Below, in pieces: positions 1-10,048 of a DNA stretch of 30,188 bases. The position numbers were made by a program, and so were the translations under genes. Every line of letters begins with the position of its first letter. The first letter of the stretch is position 1. The notes under the pieces are model-generated. The model had not been told where the DNA came from. It ran no database searches and was given only the letters and a program-made list of their open reading frames with translations. The stretch is from assembly GCA_049790715.1 (NCBI GenBank), contig JBAQZF010000024.1:1-30188 (forward strand), in the 5' to 3' direction. The stretch is from Candidatus Saccharimonadales bacterium. GTDB taxonomy: Bacteria; Patescibacteriota; Saccharimonadia; Saccharimonadales; UBA4665.

Positions 1-1798
1 ACGCGTACAGATCATGCGCAGTCGCCTGTCGGTCATCAGCAAAACAGCGAACAAATTGCTCGATCTCCGGCACGATGTCGTTGAATAGTTCGATCAGAAT
101 TTCACTGCGGTTAGCTCCATCCTGATATTTACTGACAGCCGCCTGGATACGGCTGAGGATATGTTCAGCCAGCTGTTGGCGATCAATGTGGCGCGCATCA
201 GGATATAAACGGCCAGTGTCCTTAATAAATTCATAGATGAAATCACCGTAGGGCGAACGTGCAGCTCGGGTATGAGCGGTGTGCTTATAATTGGCTACGC
301 CGTCCTGGAATGTAATACCGCCTGGTTCGAAATGAAAGCCAGCTCGGAAGACGCTGATCAGTAGCGCCAGCCAAGCCTTGATGTCTTTATTGTTGAAGGT
401 CATAACGATAGCGCCGCCCGGCTTGAGAACCCGCGTACATTCCGCAAAGACGGCGTACAGATTATCTTCGTATATTTGATAGCTTTTGGCACCCCGAAAG
501 TTTTGCTTGCGCGTAACGACGGCCTCTCGTGGGTAAGACAACTTCGCCTGATCATACATGTCGCGGTTCCACATATGCCAAAAATGAGATAGTTCCAGAT
601 ACTGGACATTGCTCCCATATGGCGGATCAGTGATAATGACGTCAATAGACCGATCAGGTAATCGGAGATCAGCTAGGGTACCGGTTTTTAGTAAGAGATT
701 TTTGCCATTTTGCAGCTCCTTATAATCGGTGGCAAAGTCAACTTGTACGCCAGTATCATTATTGTACGTAATACTCTTTTTGATACTAGCAAACGACCGC
801 TCAAGCGCTCGAGCAACATTAACCTCACAAAATTGTGGCGGCAGCCAGTAGGCATGTTTGGCCCAGGAGCTCGGCGCACCGCCCTGCCAGCTCGCACTAG
901 TAAAGGTCATAATATTGGTGTCCCGTAGTGAGTCGCTAAATACGAATCTTAGCAAAGCATACATATCAGTATCTGCTTCGTATTCTTTTATCTTTGCAAG
1001 CACTAGATAATTTACCAGTAAATTTTTCTCGGTAAATAAATCTTGGAAGTGATCAAAGCCCTTCTCGTGTAGCAAATCTTCGCGCTGTCGATCCCACTCC
1101 AAAGGAATGAGTTCGTCCGGCAATGCGGCTCCGGTCGTTTTGACTAGTTTTCGCAACCGCGCTAGGTGTCGTTTATTACGATCCAGCAACTTCTGATCAA
1201 CTGCTATAGTGTACGGCTGCTTACACGTGCCGCACGTGCCGCGCAAACTTAAATACACTGGCTCACTACGCTTCACGCGAGCTACGGTTACGCCTTTTTT
1301 GGCATTCCAGCACTGACTGTTAGGACAGCGATAGACACCGTTTCTAATTTTATGCTCGTCGACTAGAGTTATCGGTGAATCGCACGCATCGCAGACTACC
1401 GTATGAGCCAGTTCGTACCAGCGTGCTTGATCATTGCTTTCACATGACGGACAAGTCGCCGTAAACGATTCTTTCGTTATCGAGCGCGCATATGTTAATA
1501 ACTCCTTAAAAGCGACTTCCAACGATTGCATGTCGCCGCGGTGAAACATATTGCTAACCACGAAGGTTGCTAGCGGATTCACATCGCAAGCCACTATTTG
1601 TACTTTATTTTTAATCGCTTCATACGGCGTCACGCCGCCGCCGCAAAATGGGTCAAGAATTATATCTCCTGGTGCCGCATAGTGTTGTATTAGCTCGTCA
1701 AACAGATTCCAGGGACGTCGCGCAAAATAGCGATGGATCTTATACGGCGGCGTATGCGACCGCGCTGTCACCGGCCGAAATGATCGTAAGCGCGTCAT
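1..1798 (-). CDS. Amino-DNA methyltransferase with Zn-ribbon insert (motif I before motif IV), 3' end beyond the window edge
   Basis: Not in the ORF track, consistent with no stop inside the window. Hand translation from ATG 1798: MTRLRSFRPVTARSHTPPYKIHRYFARRPWN...ILDPFCGGGVT (motif I), Cys pairs CPSC, CDAC, CPNSQC, CGTC, then in the same frame SIDVIITDPPYGSNVQY (DPPY at ~628) and ECTRVLKPGG. Frame still open at position 2. Confidence 0.88.
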   Translation of the reverse strand, partial: MTRLRSFRPVTARSHTPPYKIHRYFARRPWNLFDELIQHYAAPGDIILDPFCGGGVTPYEAIKNKVQIVACDVNPLATFVVSNMFHRGDMQSLEVAFKELLTYARSITKESFTATCPSCESNDQARWYELAHTVVCDACDSPITLVDEHKIRNGVYRCPNSQCWNAKKGVTVARVKRSEPVYLSLRGTCGTCKQPYTIAVDQKLLDRNKRHLARLRKLVKTTGAALPDELIPLEWDRQREDLLHEKGFDHFQDLFTEKNLLVNYLVLAKIKEYEADTDMYALLRFVFSDSLRDTNIMTFTSASWQGGAPSSWAKHAYWLPPQFCEVNVARALERSFASIKKSITYNNDTGVQVDFATDYKELQNGKNLLLKTGTLADLRLPDRSIDVIITDPPYGSNVQYLELSHFWHMWNRDMYDQAKLSYPREAVVTRKQNFRGAKSYQIYEDNLYAVFAECTRVLKPGGAIVMTFNNKDIKAWLALLISVFRAGFHFEPGGITFQDGVANYKHTAHTRAARSPYGDFIYEFIKDTGRLYPDARHIDRQQLAEHILSRIQAAVSKYQDGANRSEILIELFNDIVPEIEQFVRCFADDRQATAHDLYA

Positions 1799-1846
1799 GA
1801 CTCCTAATACCCTTCCATACCTCTCAGTATAGCAAGCGTAACCCCT

Positions 1847-3064
<1,218 letters not shown>

Positions 3065-3092
3065 TCACTATACTTTGCGTCTATGATCACCG

Positions 3093-3878
3093 CTAAAAGA
3101 GTATTGTTTTCTCGCGGTAAAGCAGCGGCAAACTGTTCTGGCGAATTCTAAATTTTGTGCCATGATTATGTCCGGTACGAGCATCAAAGTCCACTAATAC
3201 CACGCCAGCTTCAAGACACTCTAAAAATCCTTCGAAATCTAAGCCCTTGAGCATCGTGGCACGTTCGTATTTGTAATACTCCTTTCCTTGCTCGCGCTTG
3301 ATGGCAGCCTGAACAAAAAAGCAATTGGCTAGCTTAACGCCGACTTTATGCTCCAGATCTTCAAAACCCCAGTATGGTTGTGGTTGCAGTTCGCGTAAGC
3401 CAACTTTGCGTTCTACATCTTTTAACCAACCACTGTGCCGAGGACTAACCGCACTGGCATCAAAGGAAATCAAAACTTTTTTCTCCGCTCGATCAACCTG
3501 CACCATAAAACCCCTGTCGCTTCTAGCAAGTCCGTGGATAGTTTGACGAAAGCTCATTTCTATAGAAGCATATTTTTTACCAGCCTCCTTGTGTGGCCAG
3601 CCGTAAAGTGGCAGCAATATAGACGGGACGAACTTCAGGGCTTGCGGCGAAGGTTCGCTATGAAATAGTGTTGTCAATGAGCTGGTTTGCAATCTCTGTG
3701 TTTTTAGTTCCCATTCACTAGCATTAGGAATTGGTAAATTATTCTCCTCTATGCCAAGCAGATCTTCAAGTGTATTACCGATACTGCCATGATTACCCAA
3801 CCTGCTACTCTCTATCCATCCTCGAGCAGCTATTTCTCTCAGACTTTTGATTAACTCATCTTTAGTAAAGGTATGCAT
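3093..3878 (-). CDS. MvaI/BcnI-family type II restriction endonuclease
   Basis: GNTLEDLLGIEENN..P...EWELKTQR..SSLTTLF..EP and C-terminal HNHGTKFRI match the family pattern; starts 4 nt after the MTase stop. Confidence 0.85.
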   Translation of the reverse strand: MHTFTKDELIKSLREIAARGWIESSRLGNHGSIGNTLEDLLGIEENNLPIPNASEWELKTQRLQTSSLTTLFHSEPSPQALKFVPSILLPLYGWPHKEAGKKYASIEMSFRQTIHGLARSDRGFMVQVDRAEKKVLISFDASAVSPRHSGWLKDVERKVGLRELQPQPYWGFEDLEHKVGVKLANCFFVQAAIKREQGKEYYKYERATMLKGLDFEGFLECLEAGVVLVDFDARTGHNHGTKFRIRQNSLPLLYREKTILF

Positions 3879-3882
3879 ACTT

Positions 3883-4647
3883 CTAGCTAACTAACTGCAA
3901 CTGCTGTTTATACTGCTTAATTCTTTGATCAGCCATCTGGCAATACGCCTGTGAAATATCTATTCCTATAAACTGTCTCCCCAGATTCATAGCTGCAATC
4001 GCAGTTGACCCCGACCCCATGAAAGGATCAAGAACTATTTGAGCATCTGTCGAGCCAATACAACGTTCAGCAAACGCAACCGGATAAGGAGCAGGGTGCT
4101 TATTGTTAAACTCTTGTGGTATATCCCAAACGTCTCCGAGTGCATTTGCCTTGGATGCCAACTTAAACTTTGGTTTTGCTATAAGATAAACTACTTCATA
4201 CGTAGGCAGGAAATAGCCTTGGTTAAAATTAATACCTCCTTTACGACGCCATATAATTATCTGTCTGACCGGAAAGCCTTCTAGAATATCATGACGATCT
4301 TGTAGCAAACCGTTTTGAACTCGCCATTTATGATTATAAAAAATAGCTCCGTCTTCCTTAATAACTCGCATCATTTCCGTCAGGCAGGCACGCTGCCAGG
4401 CCACATATTCATCATGTGGCATATTATCGCCATGGTCGCTATACCCATCCATTAAAGCAGCATTCGACCATTTGCCGCCACGCCCATCCTTCATACCGTT
4501 ACCTGTTGAGTTCTTCAAATTATAGGGTGGACTAGTTACTATTAGATCGATACTTTGTGCTGGCATCGCTTGCATGATCTTAATACAATCACCAGTACTA
4601 TTTGTATCCAAGAACTGCTCTAGACCCTCTTCCAAAACCGTACTCAT
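3883..4647 (-). CDS. Beta-class N4-cytosine/N6-adenine DNA methyltransferase, probably cognate to the adjacent endonuclease
   Basis: DLIVTSPPY (motif IV) N-terminal, HPAPYP, VLDPFMGSGST (motif I) C-terminal. Confidence 0.93.
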   Translation of the reverse strand: MSTVLEEGLEQFLDTNSTGDCIKIMQAMPAQSIDLIVTSPPYNLKNSTGNGMKDGRGGKWSNAALMDGYSDHGDNMPHDEYVAWQRACLTEMMRVIKEDGAIFYNHKWRVQNGLLQDRHDILEGFPVRQIIIWRRKGGINFNQGYFLPTYEVVYLIAKPKFKLASKANALGDVWDIPQEFNNKHPAPYPVAFAERCIGSTDAQIVLDPFMGSGSTAIAAMNLGRQFIGIDISQAYCQMADQRIKQYKQQLQLVS

Positions 4648-4720
4648 ATGTTTCAGCCTACCATTTTTTAAAGTGTTTTGGAATCAAGATAGCCATTTTC
4701 AGAATTACTAGACGCTCTTG

Positions 4721-5464
4721 TTAGCGCTGATAAAACACCTGAAGGTTAGCAATATCGCGGATATCCAGAATCGGATTCTCACCAAAGCCAATAGCCGGCT
4801 TATAGATAATGTCAGTTTTTTGTTGTTGGCGACGAATGATATCAGTCACGTAAAAAATGATCTGTTGCTGGACAGCCTCGTAGACCACGATCCACTGTGC
4901 CCACAGCCTGTCAAAGTCATCACGTAATGTTTCACGCACATCCTTCCAAGTATCCTGACGGATATCAACAGTGCCGTACTTTAGATTTTGCAGTGTAAAG
5001 CTATGTGCGACCGCATTTCTGAAGTTCATAAAATCTGTAGTCTGACGATACAGTTTCGGATCGATAATTGATGTCTTTTTTAAGTAATCCAAGCGTTGGC
5101 CAAAGTTTTTACTGACAAAATTTTTCAGGGCTTCGGCGTCTTTGCGATTTCGAGTAGTTGTAGCATCATATAGTCTGATCTTCACATATACCAGCTGCTC
5201 GACCATCAGCTCAAATATAGTGCCAGCTGTCAGGATACCACCACGCAGTTCTATCTCGCTGGAAGTAGATGAAATCGACATCGGCACCTTGAGCGAAGGC
5301 AGACCACCAGAGCCACGCATCCGACCATTTTCATACCAAATGTAATGTAAAACGGCAGATCCCGAAGGATTAATGACCAGAAATTTTAAATCGGCTGGAA
5401 GGTGCTTGACCTGCGACCATAGCAAGTTCTCAAATTTCTGAAAATTAAATGTCGGCTTACCCAT
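4721..5464 (-). CDS. Hypothetical protein with probable HEPN ribonuclease domain
   Basis: Helical C-terminal half with FELMVEQL ... NFGQRLDYL ... FRNAVAHS (R-N-x3-H). ATG 5464 preferred over GTG 5482 because TGnTACAAT lies 8 nt upstream. Confidence 0.6.
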   Translation of the reverse strand: MGKPTFNFQKFENLLWSQVKHLPADLKFLVINPSGSAVLHYIWYENGRMRGSGGLPSLKVPMSISSTSSEIELRGGILTAGTIFELMVEQLVYVKIRLYDATTTRNRKDAEALKNFVSKNFGQRLDYLKKTSIIDPKLYRQTTDFMNFRNAVAHSFTLQNLKYGTVDIRQDTWKDVRETLRDDFDRLWAQWIVVYEAVQQQIIFYVTDIIRRQQQKTDIIYKPAIGFGENPILDIRDIANLQVFYQR

Positions 5465-5519
5465 AGAATCACATTGTAGCACTCAGTCAAAACCCTCTAA
5501 GATGGTCCCAAGTACACCT

Positions 5520-5816
5520 TTAGCCGCGAGGCGGGAAAGGATCGCTGCCGTATGAGTTGCGCTCACGAATACGTCCATTGCGTCCATGGATAAAAACTTC
5601 TGTTTTGTTATTTTTGGCGATCTGCGTGGCTGCCCGCAAGGCCTGCTCTTGCGTCCTAAATACAGCACTCGGACGAACTGCCCCAGCCCGTTTAACGGCC
5701 CAGCCTTTCGAAGACAGGGTAACGTGCTGGGCTTGCAATCCCTTTTTGACAGCACGAACATATGCTCCGATCTGCGGATTGCTGGAACTGGGTCGTGGAA
5801 GAGCTTTTTTAGTCAT
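5520..5816 (-). CDS. DUF2188 family protein
   Basis: QHV....GWAVKRAG..R.S..F.TQ.QA...A..IA......V.IHGRNGRIRERNSYGSDPFPPRG is the DUF2188 pattern; its ATG overlaps the upstream TAA (TAATG). Confidence 0.85.
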   Translation of the reverse strand: MTKKALPRPSSSNPQIGAYVRAVKKGLQAQHVTLSSKGWAVKRAGAVRPSAVFRTQEQALRAATQIAKNNKTEVFIHGRNGRIRERNSYGSDPFPPRG

Positions 5817-6418
5817 TACCTATCGTCCGTTATGATTTTCATTATCTCTGTTTCAGTATACTGATTGTCTGTTAGTTCTTCAATCAAGTTTTGCTTAGAA
5901 CTAAGAATATATTCATAAAAAACGAGGCCGTCTTTTTCATAAGCATTCTCGTATAGTTTTATGTCTAGCCCAAGGTCAGATTTGGCAATATCTAGTAAAG
6001 TTTTTCGAGACGTAGCATGCGTTTTGTAAAAATACTTGTCGGGATACTTTCTGTCTCTTTGTAAAAAAGCTGCAAAGGCGATTTTGAGTTCTCTGGGCCA
6101 AATAGCCACGACCGAAACCCGCTTACCGTACTTTCTAGCTAGTTTAGCTTTGATTTTAGCGCCCTCAAAAGTCGGTAAGGTACCGTCTAGAATAATAACC
6201 GGTTTATCGGCTAAGTAGGCTGAGATAAATTCAGTTTTACCCGAAGCTCCTCCGCCTGACATCAAGATGACCTCTTTGTAATCAGACGTTTTGAGCATAT
6301 CTGCATACAATGTATCGGCTAATTTTGTTGACTGGCGATGAACGACATCTGATTTAGCGGGATCATAGCCTGGAATAGACTTTTTTAGATCATCAGCCGA
6401 GATAATGATAGCTTTCAT
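5816..6418 (-). CDS. Zeta-toxin/polynucleotide-kinase-like P-loop kinase with permuted motif order
   Basis: IISADDLKK, Walker A MSGGGASGKT, IILDGTL. Start set at ATG 6418 (200 aa), since the longer ORF overlaps typA and TATACT lies 9 nt upstream. Confidence 0.72.
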   Translation of the reverse strand: MKAIIISADDLKKSIPGYDPAKSDVVHRQSTKLADTLYADMLKTSDYKEVILMSGGGASGKTEFISAYLADKPVIILDGTLPTFEGAKIKAKLARKYGKRVSVVAIWPRELKIAFAAFLQRDRKYPDKYFYKTHATSRKTLLDIAKSDLGLDIKLYENAYEKDGLVFYEYILSSKQNLIEELTDNQYTETEIMKIITDDR

Positions 6419-6438
6419 AGTCCGTCTAGTATAACGGA

Positions 6439-8262
6439 TTACTTCTGGCGTTTGCGTTTGTTGGGATCGAGCTCTTTTTTGCGGAGACGGAGGTTTTGCG
6501 GCGTGACTTCTAGGAGTTCGTCGTTTTCTAGGAAGTCGAGACATTGTTCGAGACTAAAAATAGTTGGCGGTGTTAGCTGAACGACACCATCGCTTGACGA
6601 AGAACGCATGTTCGTCAGCTGTTTGGCTTTGCAGATATTGATTTCCATATCTTCTTGGCGGGTGTTGAGGCCGATGACCTGGCCAGCGTAGACTTTTTCG
6701 GCGGGACCGATGAAAGTCGTGCCGCGGGCCTCGGCATTTTGCAACGAATACGGCGTCGAGACACCTGTTTCAAAACTGATCAGGACGCCACTGCGCAGCT
6801 GTTGCAGGGCTTGGCCTTTAGGCTGAAAGCCGGTCACTAGGCTGTTCATGACAATCGTACCTTTGGTATTGGTTAGCAAAATGTTGCGCATACCAAGTAG
6901 TGCCCGGGTTGGCATTTCATAAATAAGTTTGGTGACACCTTTAGGGCTGGCGAACTGCTCTTTGAGCGTCGCGCGGCGCTGGCCCAGCTCCATTTGTACG
7001 GTGCCGACATGTTCAGCGGGAACTTCGATGATCACTTCTTCGACTGGTTCCATAATCTGGCCGTTTTCCTGATGTGTCACAACTTGTGGGCGGCCAACTT
7101 CAAATTCATAGCCTTCGCGGCGCATAGTCTCGATCAACACGCCAAGATGCAGTTCACCGCGGCCAGCAACCGTAAAGCCAATGCCATCGTCCTCGACTTT
7201 GAGTCCAACGTTGGTTTCGAGTTCTTTATTCAAACGTTCGGCAATTTGACGAGAGGTACTAAATTCGCCTTCTTGCCCCTTAAATGGTGAGGTGTTTGGT
7301 CCGAGGTAAATGCGGAGCGTCGGTGCTTCGACTTCTATAACCGGTAAAGCTTCGGGTTGTTCAGCGTCGGCAATCGTTTCGCCGATACGCGCGTCAGCAA
7401 TGCCTGTCAGCTGCACGATGTCGCCGGCCACGCCTTCAGATACTTCGAATTTGGAGACGCCATGACTCATAAAAACGGCGTCGACTTTGGCCTTCGTCTG
7501 CGTGGCATCTTTCTTACATAAGGTAACTTGATCGCCAGCTTTAACGCGGCCTCGTGTGATGCGACCGATGGCATATTTGCCCTTAAATGTATCACTTGCC
7601 AAGGCAGTCACTAACATCTGGAATGGCTTATCAAGTTCCACGCTAGGCGCAGGCACATGCTCGATAATCGCTCGGAAGATAGCCTCTAGATCGCCAGCGG
7701 CCTCAGAATCAGTTGGTGGTGTGGTCCAAGCTTTGCCAGCGCGCCCGATGGCGTAATATACCGGATAATGTAACTGGTCTTCATGGACGGCTAGCTCCAA
7801 AAACAGATCGGCTAGCTCGTCTTCGACCTCTTTGATACGTGAACCGGTTTTATCAATTTTATTAATAATGACGATTGGTTTTAATTCGGCAGCCAACGCC
7901 TTCCCCAGCACAAATTTAGTCTGCGGCATCGGCCCTTCCTGAGCATCAACGATCAAAATGCAACCATCGGCCATATTAAGTGTCCGCTCGACTTCGCCAG
8001 AAAAATCAGCATGGCCCGGCGTATCGATAATATTGATACGATAGTCATCATGCTGCACAGCCGTCACCTTGGCAGTAATGGTAATGCCCCGCTCTTTCTC
8101 CTGATCACCACTGTCCATAATCAGATCCTGACTCATTTCCGCCTGATTATCGCGAAAGGTCTGCGACTGCTTCAGCAAGCCGTCAACGAGCGTCGTCTTG
8201 CCATGGTCAACATGCGCGATAATCGCGATATTACGAATCTTAGTCGGATCTTGAATCTTCAT
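6439..8262 (-). CDS. typA: Translational GTPase TypA/BipA
   Basis: IRNIAIIAHVDHGKTTLVD, DTPGHADFSGEVER, NKID, GRGELHLGVLIETMRREG, ELLEVTP.NLRLRK. Confidence 0.97.
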   Translation of the reverse strand: MKIQDPTKIRNIAIIAHVDHGKTTLVDGLLKQSQTFRDNQAEMSQDLIMDSGDQEKERGITITAKVTAVQHDDYRINIIDTPGHADFSGEVERTLNMADGCILIVDAQEGPMPQTKFVLGKALAAELKPIVIINKIDKTGSRIKEVEDELADLFLELAVHEDQLHYPVYYAIGRAGKAWTTPPTDSEAAGDLEAIFRAIIEHVPAPSVELDKPFQMLVTALASDTFKGKYAIGRITRGRVKAGDQVTLCKKDATQTKAKVDAVFMSHGVSKFEVSEGVAGDIVQLTGIADARIGETIADAEQPEALPVIEVEAPTLRIYLGPNTSPFKGQEGEFSTSRQIAERLNKELETNVGLKVEDDGIGFTVAGRGELHLGVLIETMRREGYEFEVGRPQVVTHQENGQIMEPVEEVIIEVPAEHVGTVQMELGQRRATLKEQFASPKGVTKLIYEMPTRALLGMRNILLTNTKGTIVMNSLVTGFQPKGQALQQLRSGVLISFETGVSTPYSLQNAEARGTTFIGPAEKVYAGQVIGLNTRQEDMEINICKAKQLTNMRSSSSDGVVQLTPPTIFSLEQCLDFLENDELLEVTPQNLRLRKKELDPNKRKRQK

Positions 8263-8445
8263 GACATAAAAAAGGCGCCCGTAGTCAGCGCCAAGCTTTC
8301 TTATCTGTAATTATAGCATGATCAGTGATTCTTAGCCAACGCTAATATCGTTGATTACTAGTTTGTTAAAAATACCTTAAATATCCCGCTTTTGATGGCC
8401 GTAATTATTGTGTGCTAGCAAAGTTGCTCCTATAATGAAGCTCCT

Positions 8446-8655
8446 ATGAGTGACTACGACGCAATCCTGCTGGAGGATATAAACCACAAGTTGGACGCTA
8501 TTTTAGAGGGCCAGCAAGCTATGGGTGGCGTGCCCCGGCAAATCGAAGACATCGATACGAGGCTCGGAAACGTCGAATCAGACGTAAAGGCCATCAAAGC
8601 CGTAGTGACGCATCACGATAGGCACATAAACAAACTCGAAAAAGCAGTCGCTTGA
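8446..8655 (+). CDS. Small coiled-coil hypothetical protein
   Basis: 69 aa with heptad pattern (IDTRLGNVESDVKAIK); TATAAT 9 nt upstream; fills the gap to the convergent helicase gene. Confidence 0.65.
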   Translation: MSDYDAILLEDINHKLDAILEGQQAMGGVPRQIEDIDTRLGNVESDVKAIKAVVTHHDRHINKLEKAVA

Positions 8656-8656
8656 T

Positions 8657-9841
8657 TTAGCGATTAACGAATGTCAGGGCGTGGCCCACACGACCGGCGC
8701 GACCGGCGCGGCCGATACGGTGTACGTAATCCTGATATGACTGTGGCTGGGAATAGTTGATGACGTGCGTAATGTCGGCAACGTCGATACCGCGAGCAGC
8801 TACGTCAGTAGCCACCAGGATCTTGGTCCGACTCTTCTTGAAACTTTCCAGTGCCCGTTGGCGCTGACCTTGTGATTTACCACCATGAATGGCATCAGCC
8901 GCAAAACCACGCGCTACGAGATCATTGCTAAGCCGCTCCACGCTGCGCTGCGTTTCGTCAAAGACGATGACTTTCGCTACTTCTTCTTTGAGCAAAATAT
9001 CGTGCAGTTTATCCATCTTGTCATGCGTGCCGCTATAGCGCACGACGTCTTGGTTGACATGGTCGCTGCTCTCGCCGCTTTTGACTGATACCGTCTCAGG
9101 TGAAGCCGCGAAGCTGGCGATCAAGCCCTGCACCCGCGAATCCATAGTCGCCGAGAAAAAGAATGACTGACGTACTGGTGCCAATTGTTTAAGAATCGTG
9201 CTGACATCTGGCAAAAAGCCCATGTCGAGCATGCGATCAACTTCATCAAGTACCACGAGATTAAACTGTGAGAGCTGCAAGGTGCCACGTTCGATGTGGT
9301 CTTTAATACGTCCTGGGGTACCAATAACGATACGTGGCCGAGCCCGCAAGTCACGTAATTGCGCGCCCATGCTGCTACCACCGATAAGTAAGGCACCGGT
9401 GAAATTACCACCTTTAGCAATACTCCGGCACTCCTGTTCGATCTGTTGTGCTAATTCACGTGTCGGTGCCACGATCAAGGCTTTAGACTGTTGACGAGTC
9501 ATCAATGCCTGCAACAGCGGTACGGCGAAAGCCGCTGTCTTACCAGTACCCGTATTAGCGATGCCGATAATGTCTTTGCCAGCTAACGCCAATGGAATAG
9601 TCTGATCCTGAATAGGTGATGGTGTTACGAAGCCTTTGGCAGCTAAATTAGCTTTCAAAAGCGGTTCGATATCAAAATCTTCGAATCGATGCTTTGGCGT
9701 GTAGTCGCTAGCCTGCGTTGGCTTAGCTACTTGCACGAAGCGGCTGGGATCGATGTATTCGCCGCGCCGTCCACCGCTACGAGCTGGTCGGCGATTAGTG
9801 CGTTTTGCTGAATTGTAAACTGAATATTTATATGAAGCCAT
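8657..9841 (-). CDS. DEAD-box RNA helicase
   Basis: Q motif PSPIQ, ANTGTGKT, PTRELA, TPGR, DEVD, SAT, HRIGRAGRAG. Confidence 0.96.
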   Translation of the reverse strand: MASYKYSVYNSAKRTNRRPARSGGRRGEYIDPSRFVQVAKPTQASDYTPKHRFEDFDIEPLLKANLAAKGFVTPSPIQDQTIPLALAGKDIIGIANTGTGKTAAFAVPLLQALMTRQQSKALIVAPTRELAQQIEQECRSIAKGGNFTGALLIGGSSMGAQLRDLRARPRIVIGTPGRIKDHIERGTLQLSQFNLVVLDEVDRMLDMGFLPDVSTILKQLAPVRQSFFFSATMDSRVQGLIASFAASPETVSVKSGESSDHVNQDVVRYSGTHDKMDKLHDILLKEEVAKVIVFDETQRSVERLSNDLVARGFAADAIHGGKSQGQRQRALESFKKSRTKILVATDVAARGIDVADITHVINYSQPQSYQDYVHRIGRAGRAGRVGHALTFVNR

Positions 9842-9967
9842 TAAAAAATGAACCCTGTTCTGTACGTAAGTACGTTAGATTGATTACTGATTGCCGGTAA
9901 TGAAATCGAGTAATCTATCTTTCGTACGAAACGACCCGGATTCATTTAAAACTAACAATTACCATTT

Positions 9968-9996
9968 ACATTAGCACGATAACCGCTCAATGTCAA
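9968..9996 (-). promoter_or_regulatory. Sigma70-type promoter for the DEAD helicase
   Basis: TTGACA-17 nt-TAATGT with TG extension, ~125 nt upstream of the ATG. Confidence 0.6.
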
Positions 9997-10048
9997 CGGT
10001 TTTCTCAACTAATACTCGTTGCATAGGTATTAGGCTTATAATAGAAGT

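Noticed and set aside
400..928. Short ORFs 400-645, 688-897, 710-928
   Set aside because: Alternative-frame or antisense shadows inside the long methyltransferase frame.
6419..6544. N-terminal 42-aa extension of the kinase ORF
   Set aside because: Overlaps the typA 3' end; ATG 6418 has its own -10 element.
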